Shown here piece after piece: positions 42,801 to 56,300 of a stretch of 64,000 bases of DNA. Source of the DNA: Eimeria praecox (taxonomy: Eukaryota). Positions within the stretch are counted from its first letter, which is position 1. Each line of letters opens with the position of its first letter. The notes under the pieces were generated by a model. It did not search any database. It was not told the DNA's origin and saw only the letters and a list, made by a program, of their open reading frames with translations. The translations under genes were made by a program, and so were the position numbers. Where the stretch lies: NCBI GenBank assembly GCA_963920595.1, contig OY986946.1, forward strand, positions 7,874,001 through 7,938,000, in the 5' to 3' direction.

Positions 42801-44700
42801 TTAAACGCCTGAATCTTGCCCACTCGCAGCAGTGTTCTGCTTGGCTTGCCATTTCCTCCTTCAACAAGGAACGTTTCCCTTTGTATCGCAACAATGCCTT
42901 GCTCCTAGAGTGAGCTCGAGGGTTTTACTCAGCGTTCAGCAAGTGCCTACCCTGCTGAAAATTCTTTTCCACTTAATACGCTGGGAGTGCCTCCTCAACC
43001 GTTCCTGCTCCTGCTATTCTTTGCCTTCTAGCTGATGCTGGCTGGACCAAACCTCCTAAAAGTCTCTTTGTGTGGGGATAACGACCGAGCGCATGCATTT
43101 CCCATCATTTTCTGCAGTATCTCCGCGCTGCATTGGGGTCCCCTTGCTCCCTTCTTGCGATATTGATTTCACTCCTCATAGAGAAGAGGATAGAGGTGCA
43201 TTGGGGAGTGCTGGAAGGTAGGCACTTACACAACTTCCTGCTCATCAACCCCAACAGTATCATCACGTGGCCGTGTGTGCACTCGGCAAGCAGTCCGCTG
43301 AGGCATTCCTTGGGTTATGTCTTGGTGGCATGATCCCGCACACCCCATCTTGGCAATACGATTAAATTTTGAATTGGGTTCGCGTTTCATTCCCATCATG
43401 CTGCCTTTTCTCGTGTGCAGTTTGCCATCCACAAAGCTTAGTGAGAGAGATCGCGCCAACGAACCCACAGGCAGGTTGCGCCTCCTCAGCGTAGCTTCAG
43501 ATGTCAGCCTTACTCTCTCAACCTGTATCAAGTAGCGCCAGCAGTATGACCAATAATATGATCAGAGTTGGCTCGAGGTAGGTGCCACTGCCACCTTTTC
43601 GAATCTACCGCTGCGAAGCATGTTGCGGGGGACAGGCTGTTACCCTGTTACGATGATCATTTTGTTTGTTTCCCGCACAGCGCTAGTCTAATTCCCGCAT
43701 TCCCACCACTTTAGCTCTTTTCATGCTGTGACAAGCGAGAGTTTTTTGACCTTATATATTGCAAGAGAAGTAGATGCGTTTCTCAGTGAGCCTCCCACGG
43801 CTTTCTCTGTGGCAAAACCGCCGGATACCATCAGTTATGGCCTCTTACCTTTCTCTGGGCAAAGATGGCATTCATAGACCCAGTATTTATAGGGCTTTCT
43901 ATATGGATCCCTTTTCAGGCTCATGTCCTTCCTTCTCAAAGTAATAAGACATAGGAAGTGGCATTTGCTCGTCGTTAGGTGCAGAAATATTTCATCATCT
44001 CTGCGAATCCCACCCTTTCACGGCCTATTTCCCTCTCCACGGCTTAGCCCGTTAATTTTTTCATCACCTCGGGGCCTGCTCTTCTACAGTTATTAATATA
44101 GAAGTACCGTGTCCCCAAATGGGTTTCTGCTCGCCAGTGACTGATACTTCTCCATGCATCGCTCTGCCGATAGGCCTGCCAGTTTAAGTTTTCTCAGCTT
44201 CCCCATGGCTTGTTTCCTGGCGGACCAGGGAATAAACCTGCATCGGGGCTCATTCCGGAGGGCTCAAGGAAAATGGTAGCTGTGCTTAGATATATCCATC
44301 CCCGCCGTGCCTCGCCTTCTAACAAACTGAAGATGCCAGCGGCAAGCGCATTGACAAATGTAGCTCTTCAGGGAGCATTCTGATGGTAAAATTACAACCC
44401 TAGAGCATTCTGATGGTAAAATTACAACCCTAGAGAAGCAACGGAATCTTCCACTGCACCCGCGTTGTGGCACCAGTCATATATGGGCGTTCGGCAAACG
44501 GAGATGTATTTTTAATGAAACGCCTTTGCTTTAAATGCATATTCCGTCAGGCGAAATACCGATACTGCACTTGTTCTCTTCATGTCAGCTACCCAGCCGT
44601 TGGCTGCCTCCCTCACGGAGGGCAAATCCGGATCAGTCTCCAATATGTGAGAAGGCATCACAATTTGAACAATTTGACGATTTGGGAGAAAATACCGTGA
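39900..44700 (-). mobile_element. Degenerate Ty3/Gypsy LTR-retrotransposon relic (gag?-PR-RT-RNaseH-IN)
   Basis: Minus-strand remnants occur in Gypsy order: protease LALLDTG (~43541-43521); RT VLSKKNEERRF, DRDKAAFHT (~42580), VVRMNDVLAFSQDSQEHLQNL (eroded YxDD, ~42450), TPDPERI, RFIHGFAHIA; RNaseH KRRHYLYGNNFIVQTNH (~41800); integrase-like HHPQT (~40110). Many stops and frameshifts; LTRs not identified; ends approximate. Confidence 0.8.
44373..44435. repeat. Perfect 30 bp tandem duplication
   Basis: GAGCATTCTGATGGTAAAATTACAACCCTA occurs twice (44373-44402, 44403-44432), followed by GAG. Confidence 0.95.
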
Positions 44701-46427
44701 GATCTTTAGGTTTGCAAGCGCCTTGGCAACGGCTCGGTGCTATGCACCTGGTGGCCCAGCTGGGGCGGCTGTGGTTCGCTACTCACACCTTCCCTGATTG
44801 TAACGAGAGTCCTCGTCCTTAGGGAGGAACTGTCGTGAAATGCAATACAGTTGAAGCCTTAAGGAAATAGTTGCCAAACAAGCAACTGGCCGCCTCTCCA
44901 GCCCTCTAGCGTCCCGAACGCACTCGCCCATGGGCCTGGATTTAGTGGGGACACGGGCAGGCTTGTCGCGGGATGCACGCGTTGCGCGGGATGCAATGCA
45001 CCTTGCTGGAACTAGTGATGCAAGGCGATACCACGTGCATGCGCAACAAATCACTTGGCTGCATGCGCTAACCTAGATTGCAAAGTAGACAATCGTTAAA
45101 CATTTGCATGCCCCTCCATAGTCACCCTTCGAGCAGCTAATGATACGAGTACTAACATGACAGAGAACGTGCAACACCGACCAACCATCCGGCGCTACCA
45201 AGTATGACGATGACCCTCCACTTTTGCCGAGGACTGGCCTGAGCTGCAATAGAGTCAAAGGCTTAAAGAAAGAGCTCCCAAGAAGCAACTGAACCTTTCT
45301 TCCTACAGACTCCACGTGGTCCTGCGCAGAGTACCCCAATGGCCTGGGGTTCGTGCGTAGGGGGTGGTTCCTCACGAATTGCACTGCACCTTGCTGGAGC
45401 CAATCCGGTAATGCAGCCCCACATGGAACAGCCATCCCCCCTTTGCTACATGGTTTAACACTGTAGACAATTGCTAAGCACTCATTTGGCCCTTCATAGC
45501 CACCCTGAGACCAAGCATAGATACACGTCCCACTTCACAGGTTGTGTTCCAGGAGACGGCCATGTTTTGCGGGCCCGGTGTTTGGCTGTCGAAGCAGCGG
45601 CGTAAAGTCCCACATGCTTATAAACGATGTAAACATACAGAAATGAATTTCCTGATTAATTTCGTTCATCATAGTTGAACTACAAATCGCACCGCAACGC
45701 GGGGTGTGATGTGTAAGAACAGCAGCAACACGCAGCGACGGGTGTGTGCGCGCTTAAACGCCGATTGTGTGTGATGCTATTAAAATCTATTTGTATTTGC
45801 TCTTAAGTTCGTATATGTGTTTGTAGGAGGAGATTTGACGAAAGGAAGAAGGAAGCTGTACGGGGCGAAAGGGAGAGGCGCGACTGCAGGGCCTGGCGGT
45901 CAACAGCTGCCCCGCCACTGCAGCGGCAACACCGTGCAGGAGCTGCTGCTGCTGTGCTGTGGGGATATTTTAAATTGTAATCTCCCGGCAAATAGTAAAT
46001 ATTTATTCTCGGCCTTTCACGCGCTTCCTACAGCGCAGCCAGGGTAAGAAGTTTGTGCTGCAGGGACCACGCCATCATACACAACGGCAACGGTGCTCCT
46101 TGTTTTCCTATGGTTCCGTCTCCTTCGCTGTTTCTTGAATGCTTGAAAACCTAGTTGTTTGTACAGCACCCTAGAGTGTATAGGCACCACTTTATGTCTT
46201 CTGTTCCCTCCCCACCCCTTCGGCGCCCAAGGGGGCGGTCGAGTGGAGGCCGTCGTGCCAGCTGGGGTTTTTCGTTACTGATTTGCATTTGTCTTCTGTT
46301 GTGGAGTGTGAAGGCGCTTCGGGATTGTCCCTATCATGTTAGCATATAAGGCAGTGCCATCTGGCCATAGCAAACAGGGCACCTGCCGTCTGCACACCCC
46401 ATTTGTGTTCGCATGCATTTGCTGCAG

Positions 46428-49295
46428 ATGGCGGAGTCTTTCACTGTTCAGTCAGCCGACGCTGGATCGCCTTCCTTTTCCCTGAACAGCGGCCCATACA
46501 GGGACATCCCGGTGTATGTACACCTAGCGAAGTAAGGCATATCCAGGACCCGTCCCATCGGCCCGCGGCTTAGTCCTTTCTGCTGCTTACTGTCCCATGC
46601 ATCCCCTATCTTAGAGAGGTCACCATATATTGCCCATGCCAATTTGCAGCACGAGAGGTAGCTCGTCACTTGGTGCAGGCTTAAGCGCTTATGTGAGACT
46701 CAACAATTCTTTCGTTTCTGCGTGCGTGCTTATGGGTCTTCCCTTTACGTTGCAGGGGCCTGCCCGCAGATGCGTGGGAGCAAGTCCACACAAACCCCCT
46801 CTTTGGGGAGTGGGCGTCTAACCTCTGCCACGAGGGCAGGTTGAACGTTCAGCGCATCACCATTCAGCAACTGAAGCCGGAGATTTGCATGAGTAAGACC
46901 ACCCGCAGGAGCAGCAACAACAGCAGTGGCAGGAATAGTTACAGCAGGTGTATTAACAGGATAAGCGTAGTCAGAGATGCATGTGCAATAAGATCACCCG
47001 CAGGAGCAGTAACAACAAGAGCAGTTGCAGGAATAGGTACAGCAGTTGTATCAACTGGATGGGCGTAGTCAGAGGTGCATGTGCAACTTCTTGCTGGGTA
47101 GGTGGCGTTTGGGTGGCCTGTGGCATTTGCAGACGTGGAGGCGACGACCAGTCAGGGCACCGCTGTGAATGGGCCAGTGGTCCTGCGGCCTATGCAATCA
47201 GCCATCCTGATAGTGCTGCGTAACTCTTCAACAAATCTGGAATTGTGTGTTTTCTGCAAGAGGCCGGATCTGTCGACCGGTCTGAACGAGAGCTTGGCCC
47301 TGGTAGAAGGCAACTTCGACCAACAGGGGAAGCTGGAGGGTCCGTGTGCAGCTTTGTTGGAGAAGCACCTCAACATCTCCCTGCACAGAGACGACTGCGC
47401 AGATCTCCTGACGGCTGCGCATGGAAATGCGGCTGGGGGTTCGGGGGTCACTTGCTGCCCTTCCGCAGTAACATCGGATGCTCCTCCAGCTATCAGGTCG
47501 CGGCTTCTGTTGTACCGAAGTGTTGTTGCACCAGAAGTGCTGCAGAAGTTGGAGCATGATGTAGGGAGGACCAAAAGACACGGGCTTCCGCCAGCCACCA
47601 TTGGGTCGAATCAGGAAGGAGAAGGGCTGTTGGGCCTGAGGTAGGCACCAGACGTGGCAGGGACTGTTTCCTTTTGCTGAGCTGCACTGTCTTTTGCGTT
47701 CCGCGGTTTTATGCCACTTCGGTGCGAATCTCCACAGGCACATCAGTTGAGGCAAAGCGATTTAAGACGTGCTGCTGCTGGTATCCAGTGGGGTGTATTG
47801 CTCCTGTCGCTTGTTGCTGTTGCAGCGTTGTGTACATGGGCGACACGTGGCGCGCGACGTTGGATCCTCGTGCAGTGTTTGCTCTCTTCCTCCTCGTGGA
47901 GTTCCGCTACCACCAGCTGAAGCTTCCGAAGCCTCCGAGAGATTTAGCACACGATGGAAAGGCAGGAGCCTTGGGCCGTAGAGGGGATGTTGGCACTACT
48001 GCCCTTGGAGTGCCCCCTAAGAAGGCAGTTGCGCAATTCAGGAAAATATCTTCGCTCACTCCTCTCTGCACGGGCGTGAATTTGCGCGTGAAAGTTGTCG
48101 AGCCAATCAAACCTGCAGTAAGATGGAAAAGGGGAGGGGGGAGCCCTTGGTGGATCGGTTGAAGGGTCACTTTCCTCAGGTCTTTTCGTTCTTGAGCTTT
48201 GGGCTAGCGTACTAACTAAGTTGCCGCTTAGGGAACGCTTCAGCCTTTTCGTCTGTTTATTCTAAGGGGGTAATGGGTGGCAGAACCGACGAACGATAGT
48301 AAACGAGTTAAACTAGTTGAGCCGTTCAACGCTGACTGCATGGGCTAGGTTGGCGTTGGGTGGTCAGGAGAGGCGCCGATTCGAGTTTGTTTTTCACTCG
48401 TTCGCACTTGCCTTGTGGTATCTGCCCTGACACGCAGCCCGACATTATTCTACCCAGGGGTAGGGCCATCAAGAGAGCAACCATGGTCGTGGGGGACGAT
48501 GAAGCAATGATAACTCTAAAGTGAGCTTGCGCAGCTTTAGTTGGGGCACTAGCAGCGGCTATTACAGCAGCAGCAGCAGCAGTAGGATCGTCTTTGAAAA
48601 TCAAGATCGTCTCTGTGCTTGACGTTCTGCTTGCTGATTTGCCAGAAAAAGCTTCCGGCATTGGCCTTCTGCATTAGGCTATAACGGGAGGGCAAGTAGT
48701 GTGATTCATTTGTGGGTACTTATCCGTGGGTGTGGTGTTCAGCTTGGAAGGTGGGCAGCTTGAACTACCCGACATCGTGAATACACCCCTGTTGATTAGA
48801 AATGCAAAAGTCAAAATGGAAGAAGGACATATGAGACTTGCAGTAGACCGATGGGGGAAGATTTGGTAAGTCGTGGGGCTGATTCCCTGTTGCTGTTGAG
48901 TAGTGATTGGTGATGACGCTGCTGTTCTGGTTAGAAGTGCTGCTTCTGATGCGACCGGAAGCATAGCTTGTGGTGTTCGGAGTTATGTGGTGTTTCTATT
49001 TTATTCCCATTTGTAATGACCATTCCAACGAGGCGTCGTCTCTGCTTCTGTGCTGTGGGATGGTTGTAGTGACGCTCGCGACGATGACTTCAAGGACTTC
49101 AATTTTTCAGTGTGCACCGCCAGAGATATGAGCGAACAGGAGTACGAATTGGTGCACATGCCGGGAAGTGAGGACACAGCCGACGGGAATGGAGCCCGTT
49201 CCGGGGGGGGTCCACCTTTCTCAGGCAGAGGGCGGAACCTGAGGGGAAGAGGCCGTGGAGGATTCAGAGGTGGAAGGGGAAGGAGGGGCATGTAG
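46428..49295 (+). CDS. Fusion protein: degenerate NUDX14/ADP-sugar pyrophosphatase-like Nudix domain + OB-fold nucleic-acid-binding domain + RGG tail; ~7 exons: 46428-46531, 46756-46892, 47133-47640, 47826-48117, ~48437-48520, 48743-48865, 49070-49295
   Basis: Phase-consistent GT-AG junctions. Nudix-like part: FGEWASNL...VQRITIQ...VNGPVVLR...AILIVL...LLLYRSVV...VVYMGDTWRATLDPRAVFAL. OB part: FRKISSLTPLCTGVNLRVKVV, MVVGDDEAMI, LLIRNAKVKMEEGHMRLAVDRWGKI, DMSEQEYELV. Tail: RGRGRGGFRGGRGRRGM. Confidence 0.75.
46894..47086. repeat. Imperfect ~95 bp tandem duplication forming most of intron 2 of the Nudix-OB gene
   Basis: TAAGAcCACCCGCAGGAGCAGcAACAAC...GCGTAGTCAGAGaTGCATGTGCAA (46894-46988) is repeated at 46989-47086. 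Confidence 0.85.
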
Positions 49296-50366
49296 ACTGA
49301 AGTCGTCTTGAGGAGCGTGGTGCGTGCTACCTCTGTACAGCCTACCTAGCAGCTCTGAGGTCCCTGTAGGCTGCCAGTAAATATGGGTTCAAATGTGCGA
49401 GGCGGGTTCGGCCGCTGCATATTCACGATAGTTGGCATACCACACGGTCCACATACTGACGGAAATCCATTCATCAAGTGAATCATAAATGCATGCCAGT
49501 TTAAGAGTGTGCAGGTTAGCGTTTCACCTCTTTCCCACTTTTCTCGCAGGGCAGTTTACAGAGGCAGGAAGGGCACGTGCGGCTGCAGGGACACCGAGTG
49601 CTGTTGCATCGTTGCGGTAGCGCTTGTTGTCAGCTGCACCAGGGTCACTCGCTGCTGGGATTGCAGCGGTGGCACTGTTCTTCTGGTTCTGCAGCAGTCG
49701 CAGTCTCCACAGCAGAGTGTTTGCTGTGTGGCAAACGGCAAGCTGCCAGAAGCCCAGTTGGTGGCTACTGCATGGACGTGCGGCGCCAAAAACCAGACAA
49801 AGAAGGGAAGGCAGTGACGGTTCGTTGTTTCCGCTCATGCCTTCCGCTACTGGCACACCTGACTGGTGCGTCGTAGCAGCGATTGAACGATTTTACCTAA
49901 GGCTATGCTCATGCGTGCTATGCGGTATGCGGCCATGTTTCCATGTACATTCTAAACGCGCAAGCTGGCACAAATATGCGTCCATGCACTTAGGAAGTTC
50001 CACCATATCTTAGAGAAGAGTATTCTTTGATTAAGCGTATTAAGGTCAGTTTGTTGCGTAGCCATTTGATACAGCCAAAATGGCAAGCTCGGGCAATTTG
50101 TAGAGGTTAGGTGCGCATAAGCCGCTGATGCAACTATGCAACAACGAACTAATGGCTCCTCAAAGCAAGCGATACTGTGGGAGGGAGCCGAGCATAATTC
50201 CAGAGGGGAAACGGAAGAACTTTCAAATAAAACAAATTTGATCTGGGCGATGGCGGGTGAGCGGGAGGCATTATTATAGGCACGTCCGTTCCCGCCACCC
50301 ATCTTGCCCTTCCCGCACGACCTCGCTCGTAACGTGTACGGCGTAAAGAACTAAAGACTAAAGAAA

Positions 50367-52423
50367 TTAAAACGCTGCAGCATCTGACAAAGCTTCTTCG
50401 CGATCGTTGCCAAGATCCTCCCACGATATGTCCTGAAGGCAAAAGTAGCCGGGGATGATGCTGACGGAGTGATTACACAGGGGCCAATATGATTAGCAGC
50501 TCATTGCACGCACGTCCCAGACTATAAAGTCATATGCGTACCTCTGCTATGCCCTTCTAAAAAGTCTCACGCGAACGCTTGCACTAAATGTGATCAGTTT
50601 TGCATGTAGTCCGTGTTACGTGCATGAGACAAAGCATATACGCATGTTTCGAATCCAAAAAGCCATATAGAGCAAGCATTCAAATGGTACGATGTAAAAC
50701 TGACTGAGCACAAGAACGTGAGGTAAACGGTGCTATTGATCCGCAAAATGGTGAGGGAGGCCTGTGTGGAAAGATTCCGTTGTTTCCCACCTCTTCGCTT
50801 TCTGAGTCGTCTACGGCCTTTGTGGGGGCTTCTAATTTGCTGAGATGTACAGACAGTTGTGCTTCCTCTTGCACCATGTAGAGGACACGGGCGTGAAATC
50901 GTCGCCAAAACAACTTCTCGGCAACTTTCCCAGGGACTGTGGCAGTGCGTAGCCAAACATTTGATACATCAAGCATACACTGCCTCCAGTACCGCTAAAC
51001 CCTTGCGTGATCGCATGAATAGGAAAAACCGAAATCTCAGCGAGCATCCCCAAAGTCCATTGCTATCTGAGCTACACTGAAATGACCGCGTGCCGCTGTA
51101 AGCAGATCAAAGATCTAGAACAGCAAAGGCGAGTGGCAAGCAGAAAAAATCAATGGGAAGCTGCCAAATATAGTTTGCTTAGGCATGAACAGGCAGAAGC
51201 ACCCAGTATTACCTAGTCTTTGCCGAGCAGCGGCGACATAGGGATCCTTCATATATTCCTTTATATCCACCTCAGACGGCCCTGCATCGATGTCGCCTTC
51301 AGCTGGACAAACGTTTATCGGTAAATATGCCTCACAGATGTCGTCATCTGGTGCAGGCTGCTGTAGCTGTTGTTGCTGCGTGCTGTTTGCACAGCCACTG
51401 GGAAACGGACGCACCGGATCCAGAATGAAAGAAGCATCCAGTGTAGCTATAAACTGGAAGCGACGCTTGATTGCTGGGTCCGTCCTGGGGGTCAGCAGAA
51501 ACAAAGACAAGGCGAAACCGAAAGTGCCTGCTTAAGGTACACCGGGCCCACGGGAATTTACTTCAACATGCACGAGTTAGAAAGCCGCGTAGAGTCAAAA
51601 ATATGGATTATCTATTGTTTGTAACCGCTCCTTACCTCCAAATAGGCAAGGCCGGCTCTGCGGCTTTCGCCAAAGTGCACGCATTGGACTCCTCTAGGGG
51701 GCCTTCCGTGTTATGTTTGTTTTGTCGATAGGCTGTGTGAAGAGGTGACGGAATAGAGGTCTCAGCTCTTCCCAAGCAAGTAATATTATCGCCTAAAGAA
51801 TGTGGATGGCAGCAAAGGTTGCCGCTGCTGTGTTCCTTGTGGCTTCTGCTATCAATACTGCTGCTCTTAACAGCACTGCTGCTGCTTTGGCTTGCGTTGC
51901 TGCTGCTGCTGTCGTCGCCAGCGCTCCTGTTGTTGTCATCTGTAGGGGTTAAATGGTCACGTGATTCATCTGTGGAGTGGTTTCCAGCTTGTCTTCGGAT
52001 CCAAGCTGTCGAGTCAGAGACGATCACGTGACAGAACTCCCTGAGATCACTCGTGGTCTCTTCCTGAGCGGAAAGCAGAAAGCGCAGCATGCACATTGGC
52101 GTACACGATATATGTACGGAGAAGCTCATAGTGCTGCCGTTCTGTAGCGGGTAGGTGAGGGTATGGGTTCTTACGGATTCTGCGCCTAGTTCCGTGACGA
52201 AGTCTGAGGCGGAGTTCAGCAACCACTTGCCCCAGCCCCCTGTCGCCGTAGAAAGGCGGGAAGTGATACTAGACAAAGATGATCCAAGCCGTTTGGGACC
52301 ACCAACTTCGTTGAGTTCCGCCACTTCCTCGCTCTGTGCTGGACGGTTGCCTTCAGGGCCATTGGGCACCATAGTGGGAGGTCTTCGTGATTCGTTGAGG
52401 AGAGAGACAGAAAAAAGATTCAT
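50367..52423 (-). CDS. BSD-domain protein (BSDC1/Dos2-like), ~5 exons
   Basis: Exons carry GGWGKWLLNSASDF, TTSDLREFCHVI, DPYVAAARQRL|VPGKVAEKLFWRRFHARV (BSD LVP..V.E..FW.RF motif) and the terminal acidic SESEE|DISWEDLGND...AAF*. The start is ATG 52423 or 52372. Confidence 0.75.
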
Positions 52424-52649
52424 AATGGTTTTCTAGCATCAGTTAAACGAGAAGGTCTATTGCCGCTGTCTTCCAGCTCCTAAAGCAGTAGGCTGCACAG
52501 ACGAGACCTGGAGCAGCAGTTAAACCAGCATAAGCACCGGGAATCAAGAAACATTCCCGTACGTCAGCCATCCCATAGATCAGTTTCGGCCTAGCAAATT
52601 TTCCTTATATTACCATAGAAGGAAGATAATGGGCTAGTCTTGCGAATTA

Positions 52650-53350
52650 ATGGTGCATTGGTGGGCAGCAAAGCGCAAGCCGGAAGAAAGCAAAATGTTA
52701 ACAGGGACTCTGGAGGAAAACGAAGATCGTGGTGGAGCTTTTGAAGTTGCAGCATTGTATTTAGCATAATGCAGCTCCATTAATTCTGTGTGTATGCGCA
52801 GAAGGCAGTTTTATCCTAGAGCGCTGCTTGACACAATGCCCGCATGGCGTACCATGAGGGCATTGATTCTCCAGAGTATGTTTTTCGCGTGGACTAGGCA
52901 TCGGCCACAGCTAGAAGCAAACCGTGTTGCATTTTACTGTCACACCATTTTTATCACTCTTCTACTGCTTGCCACTTCCCATAATTGTACGGTGACCTCT
53001 GTGAAGGGAGCTTCCCAGCAGTTCAACAGGGGGAGACATCTCTAACGATGGCATCACAGCGCAGAAATGCCATATCATTCCGAATGTTCTGCAGCATGTA
53101 CTTTTTCTGTTTATGGATAGATAGCTTCCTTTGACCCCTCTGTCAGGTTTGGTGTGGTTTTTACGCATGAAGCCTTCTCCTGCCACGAGGACCGTCGATC
53201 GTAGCTGAGGACCACCGTGAGCTCCCTCACATAGAGTCAAAAGACCTGATGGGAGTTCCTTGAAAACATCTAAGCTCCCCTCTAGTGTTCAGGCGTCCTG
53301 AGCACAGTGAAGCATAGGCCTGGGGTTGGTGCATAGAGGGGGCGGGCGGC
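52650..53350 (-). mobile_element. Highly degenerate Ty3/Gypsy reverse-transcriptase relic (may extend to ~55 kb)
   Basis: Minus-strand LDVFKELPSGL (~53270) and DKTAF (52815-52801) lie at spacing and order compatible with the N-terminal half of a Gypsy RT. The surrounding DNA has only short, stop-riddled ORFs. Confidence 0.45.
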
Positions 53351-56300
53351 CTTCCGTGAGTTACATTCCTTTTGGCTGCAACTTCTACTGCAAGACAGCA
53401 CCACACGCATTCATACTGAAATCCCCTTTTAATGCATGCATTAATTCCGTAGACAGCTGGTAAACGCGTACTTTGCTGGCAGGAGCAAGCATGCACGTTA
53501 AAATCGATGCACGACCACTCGCAACTTGCTGCAGAGTGGCAACAGGGAATGAGCAGGTGGGCTCTGGAAGACGTGCAACTACACCGTCCAAGTGACATTC
53601 GGTACGGATGCCAGAAGACAATTTCAAAGGGTAGGAAAATCCTTAGTTGCCTGGAGAGCGTGCTTGAGAGCATATCGCTTTCCTGAGGGATTCGATTGCC
53701 TGAGGCGTTGGGGACTGTGTCTGCTTTCCGCAACTTGTATCTGCCGAGGCATACTCGCTAGACGAGTAATTAATTCTGCTTTGTTGAATGCATGGAACAT
53801 ACGTGCCAGAGTACTGCCACCAGTGCTCCCGTGCCTGCCGAACCTATCAGGCTCTTCGTAGGTACAGCACAATGGTGTGAGCGCAGCAAGCTCCCTATCA
53901 TCATAAGTCTGTTCACAGGCATCTCTAGGTGTTCGAAAGGGACGTACGAGGCGATTCCTGGGAACACGCTCCAGCTGCAGCATTCAAGCGAAATTATCAA
54001 CATTGTAAGGCAGAGAGAGAACAGCAAGCCAGCATACCGGTTATATGGCTGGTATATGGGCAAGCTAGCTACCGTGAAGGGGCAGCTATTCCTGGCCGCT
54101 AAAACCCGGGAACAGCTATCTAGAAGAGAGGGCAGAAGTGCATAGAAAAAAAGGGCCATATAATCGATTAAAAATTGACTACCTGAAACTTAACGGAGAC
54201 AGAACGGACTCCAGTAAAAGCATATCAAACTACAAATATCCTAGCAAAGCTCTTATTAATAACCAGAAGGTTGCAAGGTGAGGACAAGGCCTCATGCCGA
54301 GAAGTCACAGTGCAACACGTACGGGCCCTGCGCCTTACAGCCACCTTGGCCACTGCTGGATCGCCGGTCAGAGAAATATAGAAAAAGCTGTACAGGCAAG
54401 CAGCTTGGAAATTGGGGAAGTCCGTGGTGTGCTGCTGAAAGGTTTAGTGATCCAACTAGCTCTCTGCAGTAAGAGCTGAACAGATGTGCGTCTACAGCCT
54501 CCATTGAAGCCAACATAGGAAAATGTTGTGGAATAGCGCGAAGCTCAGGCAGGCCTTTCGCCCGCCAATGCTGCATGAGCAGGAACGCAGGGACTGGCAT
54601 CTCAGGCGCCCAAGGGAGGCACTGCAAATAGCTCAAGTTAGCTCTAAACACTGTTGTGTCTTCTTATTCCCAATTCAGTACTAAAGCATGTTTCAGTTGC
54701 GCTGAATGGGATAAATACCACAAGATATATGAGCACCACCCTTTGTTGCCCTTGCAACTGCCCAACGGTGCACGTTTGCTGATTTAAGTAAAGTGGAGCC
54801 GTTGCACGTTGAAACAAGCTTTGTGCATTCATGCCCAACTTCCAGAGAAATTTAAGCGTTCCATGAGCAGCAATTTCTTCTGCACCAACAAAACGCAGCG
54901 TAAATCTGCTCGATATCGAACTGTGGTGTCGCTTCGTCTGTTTCTGGATTTTGCATTCGATTTTTGTTTGAGGTCAAGCGTTTTTTTGTATTGCCTGTTT
55001 GTATGCCAATACATAGCGGGCTCACTGCAAAGGTGAATGCGTGGGATGGGGCCATAAGTGCGACCTTTGATAACTAGTTTGAGGTAACTGTCTGCCTTCT
55101 CACCTGTATGGGCTGGCATTTGCCGGTCTTGACCTCCCTGACAGATGATGCTTTGGGACATGTACTTCCAAACTAACGATAGGCAAATGTAGGCTTCACT
55201 GCTATGAGCTCCGTAGCATTTTCACCGGTTTTTAGCGTCAAAACGAGAGGCGTGGGCCTTCCTACACATTTGCCTACACAGCTTTCCACATTCGGGAAGG
55301 ATTCCTGTATGCGTATTTTGTCTTCTAGAGTTTACGTCAGGCTTTATTACAGCTATTTGAACTATAAGTGCTCCAGCGCTTGCAATAATGCATGGAAACT
55401 CCCCTTGCGACAGCAGACCATTTTAACTCTATGCGCCTATTCTGCACTACAATTTTCTGAATGGTCTCGAGAGCTCTAGATGAGCAAGATAGGGTATTTA
55501 GAGTACGCATGTCCTAAAGGTGCGAGCCATTTATTTTATTTTATCTTCATAACTTGCTACGCACTACATGACGCGGCCGATGAAGATGTGGGCGCCAGCA
55601 TCGCTTCTTTGCCACTGGTTTCCTCTAGAATGCTGACTGGATGCCAAGCTGCCTAGAATATACAACCCCGTTTTTGCCTGTTCACGTCCTCGTCCGAACT
55701 GTTCCGTGTTTTTTTAACAGCGGCTCCTCGTATCGGGCGTGTGGAAGAGTTGATGAGCACTAGCTGACTCCACGAACCTGATGGGCAACGGGAGAGTTGT
55801 CGCTCTCTGATTTCAAGGCCTGCGTATTCATCACGAACTGAAGTATGCGTGCCCCATTAACAGGAGGCTATGTTCCTCGGCGCGCGTCTGCAGACCACTC
55901 CAAACTGCTGGATGGAGGACGAGGGTGCCACGGAGGGATGGAAACTGGATGCTGTCTCACAGCGCTGGAGTTATGGGTTGTTAAGAGGAGATCACAATTG
56001 CCACTGAACTGCGCCACACGTGTTAGTTGCGTCTGCGTGGATTCTGGGTTCAGCGACAAAGAAGGAGTACCGCTCCCACTGCTAAAGGCTGCGAGAAATA
56101 GAGCAGCAAATATGTTTCCTTACCTTCATTTATTCCAGAGATACGCCTTGAGGCCGCTGTCGCAGGCTAAGGTAAAAACATCTGTCCCTCAGTTAAAATT
56201 CGAAGCCCTTTGGATGTGCGAAAAACGAACTGCATTGCACTTGAGGAAAGTAGTGCAGTAACTCACTCAAGATTGCAGCGCAACCCCTCTGTGAAACTGG

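Noticed and set aside
39420..45800. Paired LTRs, PBS and target-site duplication for the first Gypsy relic
   Set aside because: No direct repeat between the flanks was visible by eye.
53400..56300. Short ORFs as independent genes
   Set aside because: No recognisable domains or consistent splice chain; probably decayed retroelement or intergenic DNA.
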